Part shown: in pieces, positions 1-8,526 of the stretch | Layout of the letters: every line of letters begins with the position of its first letter | Numbering within the stretch: position 1 is the first letter of the stretch | NCBI RefSeq assembly: GCF_000968375.1 | Contig: NZ_CP009933.1 | Coordinates: 1,770,577 to 1,794,576 of the forward strand | Reading direction: 5' to 3' | Length of the DNA stretch: 24,000 bases | Source: Clostridium scatologenes | Lineage (GTDB): Bacteria > Bacillota > Clostridia > Clostridiales > Clostridiaceae | Position numbers and translations under genes: made by a program | The notes under the pieces: model-generated | What the model was told of the DNA's origin: nothing | The model's input: the letters and a program-made list of their open reading frames with translations, nothing else | The model's database searches: none

Positions 1-840
1 ATATATACCAAATTTCAATATAGCCATATGTTTTTCATTTACAAGATAAGATGGAAACCATGTCATAAAAAAGAATAGTATTGAGGCAATTGAAAATCCA
101 CCTATATACATGCCCCACAATTGTCTATTACTAAAAAGATACTTTAATTCTCTTAGGCTAATCTTTCTCTTCTCTTTTATAGTGTCGGAAAGTCCTCCCC
201 CATTTTTAATGAGATCAAGCTCTGCCTTATTAACACCTTTTGCAGAAGCAGGATCATGATAAAAAGCAATCCAACCTATAAAACATAGAACTCCAAGTAC
301 ACCAGTAGTAATAAAAATTGATCTCCATCCAAATGTTACTAAAAGCCAAGTAAGAATTGGAGTGCAAAGTGCAAGTCCTACATATTCCGAGCCAGTATAA
401 GCCCCAATTGCCAAACCACGTTCATGAGATGGAAACCAAGTAGTAACAATACGGTTATTTGCCGGAAAAGCTGGTGCTTCAAAAAAGCCAAGACCAATAC
501 GACAAGCTATCAAACTACTTACGCCAGAAGCAAATGCCATAACTCCTGTAACTAAGGACCAACCTAAAAGAGCAATTCCATATACTAATCTAGGTCCAAA
601 TGTGTCAAGAAACCACCCACATGGAATTTGCATACAAGTATATGCCCAACTCATAGCTGAGAATATCAATCCCATTACAGCAGGATTTAGTGCAAATTCC
701 TTTGATATTGCTGTTGACGCTACCGATAAATTCGCCCTATCAAGATAATTTACAAATGTTATTATGCACACTAATAACAATATAAACCATCTCTTGCCAG
801 TTGCTTTTCTTTCTTCTTTCTCCATAATTACTTCTCTCAT
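1..840 (-). CDS. MFS transporter, anion:cation symporter (ACS; DgoT/GudP/ExuT-like) family; N-terminal 280 aa, with the 3' end lying beyond the window start
   Basis: Not in the ORF track because it is truncated. My reverse-complement translation gives MREVIMEKEERKATGKRWFILLLVCIITFVNYLDRANLSVASTAISKEF...GLGFFEAPAFPANNRIVTTWFPSHERGLA...; the first ~40 and last ~40 codons were checked base by base with no stop, and the middle was translated once without rechecking. The NYLDRxNLSxA and GxxEAxxFP motifs are typical of the ACS family. SD sequence GGAGGGG lies 4-5 nt upstream of the ATG at 840. Confidence 0.85.
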   Translation of the reverse strand, partial: MREVIMEKEERKATGKRWFILLLVCIITFVNYLDRANLSVASTAISKEFALNPAVMGLIFSAMSWAYTCMQIPCGWFLDTFGPRLVYGIALLGWSLVTGVMAFASGVSSLIACRIGLGFFEAPAFPANNRIVTTWFPSHERGLAIGAYTGSEYVGLALCTPILTWLLVTFGWRSIFITTGVLGVLCFIGWIAFYHDPASAKGVNKAELDLIKNGGGLSDTIKEKRKISLRELKYLFSNRQLWGMYIGGFSIASILFFFMTWFPSYLVNEKHMAILKFGIY

Positions 841-1058
841 TTTTCCCCTCCTGTATAAATTTTCATAATTTGTGTTTTCAATAATTTAAAAGTTAACATG
901 AAATATGTAATAATATATTATTTTATGTACGTTTTTTGCTAATTTTTTTCAACATCTAAGCAAAATCTTTGTCATATGTATAATTGATTGGGTTAATTTT
1001 AACTTTCACAATTCAAAATTTAAAATTTTCAAAAAATTATTTTTCAAGAAATAGATGT

Positions 1059-1096
1059 AACTTAATTGCAAATATCATAATATCTGCAATTAAGTT
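1059..1096 (-). terminator. Stem-loop downstream of the 400-aa MFS gene (putative terminator)
   Basis: Perfect 12-bp inverted repeat AACTTAATTGCA (1059-1070) / TGCAATTAAGTT (1085-1096) with a 14-nt loop, about 40 nt past the stop at 1135. The U-tract on the minus strand is only moderate. Confidence 0.45.
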
Positions 1097-1134
1097 TTAT
1101 TTAATATGTTCTATTCTATTTTTCTAATATATTT

Positions 1135-2337
1135 TTATTGTTCTACTGCATGTTTTGCATATTGTCTATTTACATATAAAGCTAGTATTACACCAATAAT
1201 AGTAATTACTGCATTAAATAAAACTACATATTTTGGTCCATCTGTACCACCAGATCTTGTTATAGCACCAGCAGCATTTAAAATAACATAGTTTGCCACA
1301 CTAGATGAAATCATAACTATGGAAGTAATCTTACCTTTATTTGCTGGGAACATTGAGTTTGCTGTAGATACAGCTAACTGAAGCACTCCACCTGCTGCTG
1401 TAAATCCAATTACAAATCCACCTATTAAACAAATCGTTGGTGTCTGTACAAAGTATATGATCAAAAGCATTATTGTTGAAAGCAAAGGATAAAGAACTAG
1501 TACTTTAACTGGTTTAAGGAATTTCTTTACTAAAGCTGCTGTTAAAAGTACTGCTACCATTGATCCCATTGCATAATATGATTGAATTTGAGCTGGTTTA
1601 GCAAGCCCATATAATTTTCCTAATTCTTGATTACAGTTTAACCATAATTGGAATGTAGATGTACATGTAAAACCAATAAGAATAACTGCAATACTAGTTG
1701 GTGTAAATTTCATCTTTTCTTCCTTAGGTTTATCACTCTTAGCACTAGTATTCATTGGAGGGAAAGGCATAAATGCAATTAAGATACCATCTATAGCAAG
1801 TAAAATACCTGTCACAATGAAAATAGTTTTATAAGTCATGTGATTTGCTGAAACAATACCTATCATAAATGGAAGTAAAAATTGAGATATAGATATAGAG
1901 AATTTAGTAAACATGTTAGCAACATCACCAGAATTTACAAAGATCTCTAAACATGATGGAGTAACACATGTATCTAAAAATGAGTTAGCAGCACCACCAA
2001 TTAGTGCAAATATATAAGCAACATACATATTTGGTGCTAATATAAGTCCAAAGAAATAACATACATAAAGTACTATACCAATTAATCCTGAAACTCTTCT
2101 TCCAAACTTATCTGAAATAGGTCCTGAAAATGGATATCCAATAAGACGACCTAGTCCAAGTGCAGCGATAACAGCAAGTACTATACTTACATCAACACTA
2201 CCATTAGATAAGACATGTCCTCCCCAAGCAGTAGCAAAATCCTTTTTATATTGTCCTAAAATTGATACTCCAATACCATGTACAAAATAGGTGAAATATA
2301 ATGCTAAGGCCGTTGGATAATATTTTTTATTATTCAT
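1135..2337 (-). CDS. MFS transporter (12-TM type, 400 aa); candidate hydroaromatic acid permease by context
   Basis: Complete ORF, hydrophobic throughout. It carries the MFS loop motif GRLIGYPFSGPISDKFGRR. SD GAGAGGAG lies upstream of the ATG. It is the last gene of the module with the dehydrogenase and reductase. In E. coli the ydiB-aroD pair is likewise flanked by MFS genes (ydiM/ydiN). Confidence 0.9.
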   Translation of the reverse strand: MNNKKYYPTALALYFTYFVHGIGVSILGQYKKDFATAWGGHVLSNGSVDVSIVLAVIAALGLGRLIGYPFSGPISDKFGRRVSGLIGIVLYVCYFFGLILAPNMYVAYIFALIGGAANSFLDTCVTPSCLEIFVNSGDVANMFTKFSISISQFLLPFMIGIVSANHMTYKTIFIVTGILLAIDGILIAFMPFPPMNTSAKSDKPKEEKMKFTPTSIAVILIGFTCTSTFQLWLNCNQELGKLYGLAKPAQIQSYYAMGSMVAVLLTAALVKKFLKPVKVLVLYPLLSTIMLLIIYFVQTPTICLIGGFVIGFTAAGGVLQLAVSTANSMFPANKGKITSIVMISSSVANYVILNAAGAITRSGGTDGPKYVVLFNAVITIIGVILALYVNRQYAKHAVEQ

Positions 2338-2480
2338 TTTTTTCTCCTCTCATTCTTCATCTAAAAGTTTTATTAATTAAAATTATATTTTTATACATTA
2401 ATATTCCGTCTGCAATTTGTTATTAATTTATTAATTTTTATATACTTTTTTTGTTAATTTATTAACTTTTCTGTTTTAAT

Positions 2481-2512
2481 AATTAGGTTGGATTTAAAAA
2501 TCCAACCTAATT
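2481..2512 (-). terminator. Strong palindromic stem-loop between the dehydrogenase and MFS genes (intra-operon terminator, attenuator or RNA-processing site)
   Basis: AATTAGGTTGGATTT AA AAATCCAACCTAATT forms 15-bp perfect arms, 20 nt past the stop of the 2532-3401 gene. No clean U-tract follows on the minus strand. Confidence 0.5.
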
Positions 2513-2531
2513 GGATACTAAATGTTAGCCA

Positions 2532-3401
2532 TTACTTAAAGTATAATTCCTTAACTTCTTTTGCTGGCATTTCTAATCCAGTATATAACTTAAAGGCTTC
2601 TGCTCCTTGCCATAATAACATTCCTGTACCATCTACTGTCTTACATCCAGCAGCTTCAGCATCTTTTAAAAACTTTGTTTGTTTTGGATTATATACTGTA
2701 TCTGACACAACTAAATCTTTTCTAAAAACTGAATTATCTTTTATTGGAGATTCATCTTCATGAGGGTGCATTCCTACTTTTGTTGCATTTACTAAAATAT
2801 TAGAAGATGCAATTTTTTCTCTAAGTTTTTGTCTATCTTCTAAGTCATACAACTCTACAACACACTGTGGCACTTCTTGCTTTAATTTTTCAATAGTTTC
2901 TTCAGCTCTTTTATAGAAATCATCCTTTATATTAAATATGGAAATTTCCTTAGCTCCATCTAAAGCACATTGTACTTGAATAGCTGTTGCAGCACCACCT
3001 GCACCAATAATAGTTATATTTTTACCTTTTACCTCTACTCCATTTTCATTTAAGCTGCGCACAAATCCAACACCATCTGTAATATTTCCAGTTAATTTAC
3101 CATTGTTATTGACAATAGTATTTACTGCTCCTACTATACGAGCAGCTGGAGATAGCTCATCCATATATTTAACTACTTCACTCTTACATGGCATTGTGAC
3201 ATTTGACCCTTTAATATTCAAAGTCTTAATAGCTGCAATAGCATCAGGAACTTTTTCTAAAGAAATGTCAAAGGCTAAATATGCAGAATCTATTCCTGTT
3301 TTTTGAAAGCTGTAATTGTACATAGCAGGAGATCCTGAATGTCCTACTGGTGTACCTATTAAACTATATAAAGCTGTTGTTCCTGAAATTCTTTTTTCCA
3401 T
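2532..3401 (-). CDS. Quinate/shikimate 5-dehydrogenase, YdiB-class paralog (289 aa)
   Basis: SDH-family motifs are present: GHSGSPAMYN, GSNVTMPCK, GAVNT and the GAGGAATA glycine loop. The loop is followed by FNIKDDF; an acidic residue after the beta-strand suggests NAD preference, as in YdiB. It aligns without gaps to the 7597-8469 paralog. Confidence 0.9.
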   Translation of the reverse strand: MEKRISGTTALYSLIGTPVGHSGSPAMYNYSFQKTGIDSAYLAFDISLEKVPDAIAAIKTLNIKGSNVTMPCKSEVVKYMDELSPAARIVGAVNTIVNNNGKLTGNITDGVGFVRSLNENGVEVKGKNITIIGAGGAATAIQVQCALDGAKEISIFNIKDDFYKRAEETIEKLKQEVPQCVVELYDLEDRQKLREKIASSNILVNATKVGMHPHEDESPIKDNSVFRKDLVVSDTVYNPKQTKFLKDAEAAGCKTVDGTGMLLWQGAEAFKLYTGLEMPAKEVKELYFK

Positions 3402-3438
3402 AATGTAAGCCCCCTAAAATTGTTATATTGCTATATCA

Positions 3439-5373
3439 TTATATTTGTAATGCTGCATCTAGCGCTTCTTTTGTTGCATCTAATGCTCTACGTGCTCTTG
3501 TTGCATCTCCAATAACATAAGTTTCTTTTACAACTTTTTTAACTTCTTCACTTAATGGATCATAGTTACGTGATCCCATAGCAAGAACTACTGAATCAAA
3601 ACCATGAGCACTTTGTCCTACTCCATCTGCAAGTGTATAATCTACGCCGTCTTCAAAGAATTTTGCAACTTTTGCTCCTGTAATAGTTTTAATTTTATAT
3701 TCATCAAAATCTTTCATTAAATATTTGCGGTGTTCTGATATTACATCAGCTCCTACTTCATCACGAAGTTCTACAACAGTAACATCATGTCCAAGTTCTC
3801 CTAAGAAAGCAGCTGTTTCACATCCAACCATACCGCCTCCTACAACAAGAACTTTTTTTCCACAAACTTCTTTTCCATCAAGAAGATCAACTGCATGGAT
3901 CAATCCAGACTCATTGATTCCTGGTATAGGAAGTACAAGTGGTGTTGCTCCTGTAGCTAAAATTACTGCATCAGGTTTTTCTTGTGATATTATTTCAGGA
4001 GTTACCTTTGTATTCATATGGATTTCCACGCCATATTTGTTACATTTATTGATATAACTGCGTACCATATTTGTAATGTCGCCTTTTCCTGGAGGATAAG
4101 CTGCTAAACGCATTTGTCCACCAAGTGTATCAGTTGCTTCAAACAATATTACATCATGGCCTCTCTTAGCACATACCCATGCTGCAAGCATGCCACCAAC
4201 TCCGCCTCCAACAACTACTACTTTTTTACTAGTATCTGCTTGTTTTAACTCATCTTCTCTTCCAAGTAGTGGATTAACAAGACAAGTAATTGGATTTCCT
4301 TGATACATGTTGCAAACACATCCTTGTAAACAAGCAATACATGGAGTTAATTCATCCAAGCATCCAGCTGCAGCCTTATTAGGTGTTTCTGGATCAGCTA
4401 AGCTTTGACGTCCAAAGGCTACTAAATCACATCTTCCTTCACGAACTAATATTTCTGCATAATGTGGTTCTGTAAAACGTCCTACAACAATAACAGGAAT
4501 ATTTACTGCTCTTTTTATTTCTGTAACTAATTCAGCATTAAAGCCGCCATGTATAACTGTAGGTGCCCACATATATTCATCTTTAAGATGTACAGCACGT
4601 GAAACATGAAGTCCATCAATACCACACTCTTCTAAATAAGCAGCAATTACTGCACTATCGTGAACATCTAATCCACCTGCAACTTCATCACTAGAATTTA
4701 TACGGCATATAATAGCTATAGAATGTCCAACTTTTTTTCGAATATTTTCAATAACTAAACGAGGAAGTCTCATTCTATTTTCAAAGCATCCTCCAAATTC
4801 ATCTACACGTTTGTTTGTTCTTGGAGATAGGAAACTACTAATTAGATATCCATGTGCACAGTGTACTTCTACTGCATCAGCTCCAGCTTTCTTCGCACGT
4901 ACTGCTGCATCACCATATGCTTCAATTAATTCATAAATTTCTTCAGTAGTCATTGCTTCAGGTATATTACGACCTAATGCTGATGGTATTGCTGACGCAG
5001 ATTTTAATGGATATCCAGCAACTTTTGCATTACCTTCAGGTCCTGCATGTTGAAGCTGAATAGATATTTTAGCACCATTTTCATGACAAGCGTCAATGAC
5101 ACGTTTAAAGCTTTCTACTGTACTATCATCAAATAAGCAAGGTTTTCTAGGACCTCCCTTAGCTTCTTTATGCACAACTGTAGCTTCAAAAGTTATTAAT
5201 CCAAAACCACCTTGAGCACGTTTACTATAATAGGCCAATGATTTATCACTCATAGTTCCATCTGTATTTGCAAAATTGTTTCCCATAGGTGAAACAACAA
5301 AACGATTTGGAACTGTCATTGGACCAATTTTTATCGGAGCAAACATGGATTTAAACATCATAAAAAATCTCAT
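3439..5373 (-). CDS. 2-enoate reductase / 2,4-dienoyl-CoA reductase-like flavoprotein (OYE FMN domain + [4Fe-4S] + FAD/NAD(P)H domain, 644 aa)
   Basis: The N-terminal OYE TIM barrel shows PMGNN, HCAHGYLISSFLSP and RxNxRxDEFGG motifs. The Cys cluster is CIACLQGCVCN...C. Two Rossmann GxGxxG motifs are present (VVGGGVGGM and VVGGGMVGCE). The true start may be one of the internal Met codons at 5361/5358 (MMFKSMF...). Confidence 0.9.
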   Translation of the reverse strand: MRFFMMFKSMFAPIKIGPMTVPNRFVVSPMGNNFANTDGTMSDKSLAYYSKRAQGGFGLITFEATVVHKEAKGGPRKPCLFDDSTVESFKRVIDACHENGAKISIQLQHAGPEGNAKVAGYPLKSASAIPSALGRNIPEAMTTEEIYELIEAYGDAAVRAKKAGADAVEVHCAHGYLISSFLSPRTNKRVDEFGGCFENRMRLPRLVIENIRKKVGHSIAIICRINSSDEVAGGLDVHDSAVIAAYLEECGIDGLHVSRAVHLKDEYMWAPTVIHGGFNAELVTEIKRAVNIPVIVVGRFTEPHYAEILVREGRCDLVAFGRQSLADPETPNKAAAGCLDELTPCIACLQGCVCNMYQGNPITCLVNPLLGREDELKQADTSKKVVVVGGGVGGMLAAWVCAKRGHDVILFEATDTLGGQMRLAAYPPGKGDITNMVRSYINKCNKYGVEIHMNTKVTPEIISQEKPDAVILATGATPLVLPIPGINESGLIHAVDLLDGKEVCGKKVLVVGGGMVGCETAAFLGELGHDVTVVELRDEVGADVISEHRKYLMKDFDEYKIKTITGAKVAKFFEDGVDYTLADGVGQSAHGFDSVVLAMGSRNYDPLSEEVKKVVKETYVIGDATRARRALDATKEALDAALQI

Positions 5374-5414
5374 CCTTTCATTTTTTGAAATCCATTAAAA
5401 TTTATAATATATTA

Positions 5415-6269
5415 CTATTTTGCATTTGGAGAAACTTCTGGCCAAGCTTTATCTAATACTTTTATAGTATTGTCATATGTGTGCTTAGCTGCTTCAGCAA
5501 CACCTTTTTCTAAAATAGCATCACTTATTACTTCAACACCAATACATGCAGGTTTTATACCTTTTTCTTTAATCATTTGAACAAAACCTTCTGTCACATT
5601 AATTCCAGTGCCTGGTGCAAGTCTGTCATGCATTGATTCATCTCTTAATATAGATTTTGCATAAGGTCTTTCATAAACATCATTGATCTGGATGGATACA
5701 ATTTTATCAGCTGGTATACCTTCTAATAATTTAATATCATTTTCCTGATTTGCTCTTGCCCAATGCCATGTATCTAATATAAGTTTAGCATTGTCGCAGC
5801 CAGAAGCTTTAACTACTGCCCAACCTTTTTTAATATCTTGAACACCACTGTATGGCATAGGTTCTAAACCAATAACATACTTACCAGCTCTTTGACATAA
5901 TTCTTTTAACTTTTGTGCAGTATGTTCAACACTATAATCTTCCATTAATCCAATATTTATGTGGTTAACACCAAATAATTCACACATATGGAAACACATT
6001 TGTTCTTTATATTTTTCTTCATAAGAACGATTATCTTCAGCCCAAAGTGTAATATATTCAACTTCAGTAACCTTCATATCATATTTTTTAAGAATATCAA
6101 GTATATCAGCATCAAATAAACCTTCATTTAATGCATCTACATATGTTTCAGCACGAAGACCTATTCCTTCATAACCTGCTTCTTTTGCTGCTTTAACTCT
6201 TTCTTCAAATTTACATTGATCTCCTAATGTCCATGAACTAACTGTAATTGGTGGGCATTGATTTTTCAT
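5415..6269 (-). CDS. Xylose isomerase-like TIM-barrel (sugar phosphate isomerase/epimerase superfamily) protein; candidate 3-dehydroshikimate dehydratase or IolE-like ring dehydratase
   Basis: The ORF-track start at 6287 is a TTG without an SD. The ATG at 6269 (MKNQCPPITV...) has SD GAAAGGGG 7 nt upstream. The ILDTWHW and DRLAPGTG motifs are typical of this fold. The specific function is inferred only from the adjacent dehydroquinase and quinate dehydrogenase paralogs. Confidence 0.75.
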   Translation of the reverse strand: MKNQCPPITVSSWTLGDQCKFEERVKAAKEAGYEGIGLRAETYVDALNEGLFDADILDILKKYDMKVTEVEYITLWAEDNRSYEEKYKEQMCFHMCELFGVNHINIGLMEDYSVEHTAQKLKELCQRAGKYVIGLEPMPYSGVQDIKKGWAVVKASGCDNAKLILDTWHWARANQENDIKLLEGIPADKIVSIQINDVYERPYAKSILRDESMHDRLAPGTGINVTEGFVQMIKEKGIKPACIGVEVISDAILEKGVAEAAKHTYDNTIKVLDKAWPEVSPNAK

Positions 6270-6393
6270 GATATTATCCCCTTTCAAATGAAAAATTGTT
6301 ATTAATTTAGCTTAGTTTTTAATTTATGTATTGAAGTATTTAATAAATTAATCAAGTTAGTTTCTACCGGTAGTTTCCTATTAAAATAGGCCT

Positions 6394-6426
6394 AATTTCA
6401 ATTAAGTAATCGATTTAATTGAAATT
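6394..6426. promoter_or_regulatory. Perfect 12-bp inverted repeat in the divergent control region (candidate operator)
   Basis: AATTTCAATTAA-gtaatcgat-TTAATTGAAATT. The 12-mer ATTAAGTAATCG (6401-6412), which runs from the end of the left arm into the spacer, recurs at 9335-9346 in the second divergent region. Confidence 0.35.
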
Positions 6427-6464
6427 TATAAACTCATTATATTATATAAATTTTCATAAAACAA

Positions 6465-6516
6465 ATTGATAATTTCCTATCAATTCATAGATTTTATGTA
6501 TAGTTTATGTTATAAT
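6465..6516 (+). promoter_or_regulatory. Putative lysR-1 promoter with an overlapping LTTR-box-like palindrome
   Basis: Palindrome ATTGATA-N6-TATCAAT at 6465-6484. The -35-like TAGATT lies at 6488-6493, followed by a 17-nt spacer. The extended -10 TGTTATAAT has its TATAAT at 6511-6516. Confidence 0.4.
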
Positions 6517-6544
6517 TGTGCCAATAATATTTTGAAAGCGAGGC

Positions 6545-7435
6545 ATGAAATTGAATTTATATCATTTACGCTATTTCGTAACTCTAGCACACTTAGAACA
6601 TTACACAAGAGCTGCTGAGAAATTAATGATTACTCAGCCAAGCTTGAGCCATGCAATATCCTTATTAGAAAATGAACTAGGCATCTCTTTATTTGAAAAA
6701 GACGGTAGAAACATTGTACTTACCAAATATGGAAAAGTATTTTTAAATAATGTAGAAAAATCCTTAGAAATTCTTGATTCTAGTGTTAAAACTTTAAAAC
6801 TTATTGGCAGTGGTGAAGGTAAAATTCAGCTAGCCTTTCTTCGCACATTAGGAACGGATTTCGTACCAGATATTACTCGAAAATTTCTAGAAACTCATAG
6901 TGAAAAATCAATAGAATTTAATTTCAACACTATAGCAACTTCTGTTGATATTATCCAAGGTCTCAAGGAGAGAAAATACGACATTGCTTTCTGCTCGAAA
7001 ATCGGTAAAGAACAAGGTATAGAATTTATACCAGTTGCTAACCAAGAGCTAGTACTAATTGTTCCTACTGACCATCCACTTGCAGATAAAAATTCAATTG
7101 ATTTAATTGATACAATCCCGTACCCTCAAATTTTTTTTACAAGCAAAAGTGGACTTAGACCTATAGTTGATGATTTGTTTACACAAATCGGTAAAGAACC
7201 CAAAATTGTTTATGAAGTTGAAGAAGATCAAGTAATTGCTGGACTTGTTGCTAAAAATTTTGGCATTGCAGTTTGTCCTAACATGCCTATTTTGAATTCC
7301 ATGGATTTGAAAGTAATTAAAATTTCAAGTCCAAATTTTGAAAGACTATTTTATTTAGCAATGTTGAAAGATGCTTACCTTGCACCAGTTGTTCATGAAT
7401 TTAAAAATTTTGTTATAGAAAATACTGAAATATAA
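6545..7435 (+). CDS. LysR-family transcriptional regulator (paralog 1)
   Basis: N-terminal wHTH LRYFVTLAHLEHYTRAAEKLMITQPSLSHAISLLENELG plus a C-terminal substrate-binding domain. It is divergent from the 6269-1135 gene set. Confidence 0.95.
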   Translation: MKLNLYHLRYFVTLAHLEHYTRAAEKLMITQPSLSHAISLLENELGISLFEKDGRNIVLTKYGKVFLNNVEKSLEILDSSVKTLKLIGSGEGKIQLAFLRTLGTDFVPDITRKFLETHSEKSIEFNFNTIATSVDIIQGLKERKYDIAFCSKIGKEQGIEFIPVANQELVLIVPTDHPLADKNSIDLIDTIPYPQIFFTSKSGLRPIVDDLFTQIGKEPKIVYEVEEDQVIAGLVAKNFGIAVCPNMPILNSMDLKVIKISSPNFERLFYLAMLKDAYLAPVVHEFKNFVIENTEI

Positions 7436-7471
7436 AGTTTAGTTGTATTATATGTATACAAAATCTTATTT

Positions 7472-7525
7472 CAGAGGACAATTGACAAAGATCATCCTTC
7501 ATTGTCATCTGTCAATTGTCCTCTG
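7472..7525. terminator. Large GC-richer hairpin between convergent genes (putative bidirectional terminator or palindromic element)
   Basis: Perfect 16-bp arms CAGAGGACAATTGACA (7472-7487) / TGTCAATTGTCCTCTG (7510-7525) with a 22-nt loop. There is no clean U-tract on either side. CCTCTG is duplicated directly after the 3' arm. Confidence 0.5.
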
Positions 7526-7596
7526 TCCTCTGAAAAAGTTGTGTCGCATTATCCTCATATTAAATCTAAGTTTTGTATATATCAAAATTGAATTAA

Positions 7597-8469
7597 TTAA
7601 TATTTAATGTTTAATACTTTTTTCATGTGTTCTATAGGCATTTCTTTTCCAGTCCATAGTTTGAAAGCTGCTGCTCCTTGGAATAACATCATTCCAAAAC
7701 CATTCATTGTTTTACAGCCTACTTCTTTTGCCATTTTTAACAATGCTGTTTCTGCAGGTGCATAAACTGTGTCTGTTACAATTAAATCTGGTCTTAAGAA
7801 GCTTGGATCTGGAATATAAGTTTGACCTTCTAAAGGTTTCATTCCAACACCAGTTGCATTAGCAAATAAATAGCTATCTGCAATTTCCTCTTTTAATTTT
7901 GCAAGATCATCTAAATCATATAAAGTTGCTTTACAGTTAGTTTTTTCATTAATATCTTTTACTGTTTTCTTTCCTCTTTCGAAGAATTCATCCTTACGGT
8001 TAAATATTGATATTTCTTTCACTCCATCTAAAGCTGCTTGTATTTCTATTGCTGTAGCTGCTCCACCTGCTCCTGCTATTGTTATTTTCTTACCAATAAC
8101 ATCAATTCCAGCATCTTTTAATGATTGCATATAACCAATACCATCTGTGATGTGTCCAGTTAAAACACCATTATCATTTACAATTGTATTAACTGCACCG
8201 CAAAGTTCTGCTGCTTCTGATAACTTGTCAAGATACTTATGTACCACTGTTTTATTTGGCATTGATACATTTGATCCACGAACTTTCATTGCTCTGAAGC
8301 CTTTTATGGTATCCTCTAATTGTTCATTACCTACTTCAAATGCAAGATAAGCATAATCCAAACCTAATTTTGCAAATGCTTCGTTGTGCATTGCTGGTGA
8401 ACTTGAATGTCTAATTGGGTATGCTATTAATCCTATAAGTTCTGTGTGCCCTGTAATTCTTTCTGCCAT
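7597..8469 (-). CDS. ydiB: Quinate/shikimate dehydrogenase, YdiB-like (290 aa)
   Basis: From memory it is closely similar to E. coli YdiB over its full length (YPIRHSxSPxMxN, GSNVSMPNK, GAVNTIVND, GAGGAATA, FNRKDEFF, GMKPLE, GCKTxxGxGM). It lies immediately downstream of aroD. SD AGGAG is present. Confidence 0.92.
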   Translation of the reverse strand: MAERITGHTELIGLIAYPIRHSSSPAMHNEAFAKLGLDYAYLAFEVGNEQLEDTIKGFRAMKVRGSNVSMPNKTVVHKYLDKLSEAAELCGAVNTIVNDNGVLTGHITDGIGYMQSLKDAGIDVIGKKITIAGAGGAATAIEIQAALDGVKEISIFNRKDEFFERGKKTVKDINEKTNCKATLYDLDDLAKLKEEIADSYLFANATGVGMKPLEGQTYIPDPSFLRPDLIVTDTVYAPAETALLKMAKEVGCKTMNGFGMMLFQGAAAFKLWTGKEMPIEHMKKVLNIKY

Positions 8470-8526
8470 AATAATCGTCTCCTTTATATTTAATTTATAT
8501 TTTTATATAGTTTTTTATTATAATAA

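Noticed and set aside
6533-6546. cre-like (CcpA) site TGAAAGCGAGGCAT overlapping the lysR-1 ribosome-binding site.
   Set aside because: Only the left half matches the TGWNANCGNTNWCA consensus. The right half fails at four positions, so this is probably just the SD region.
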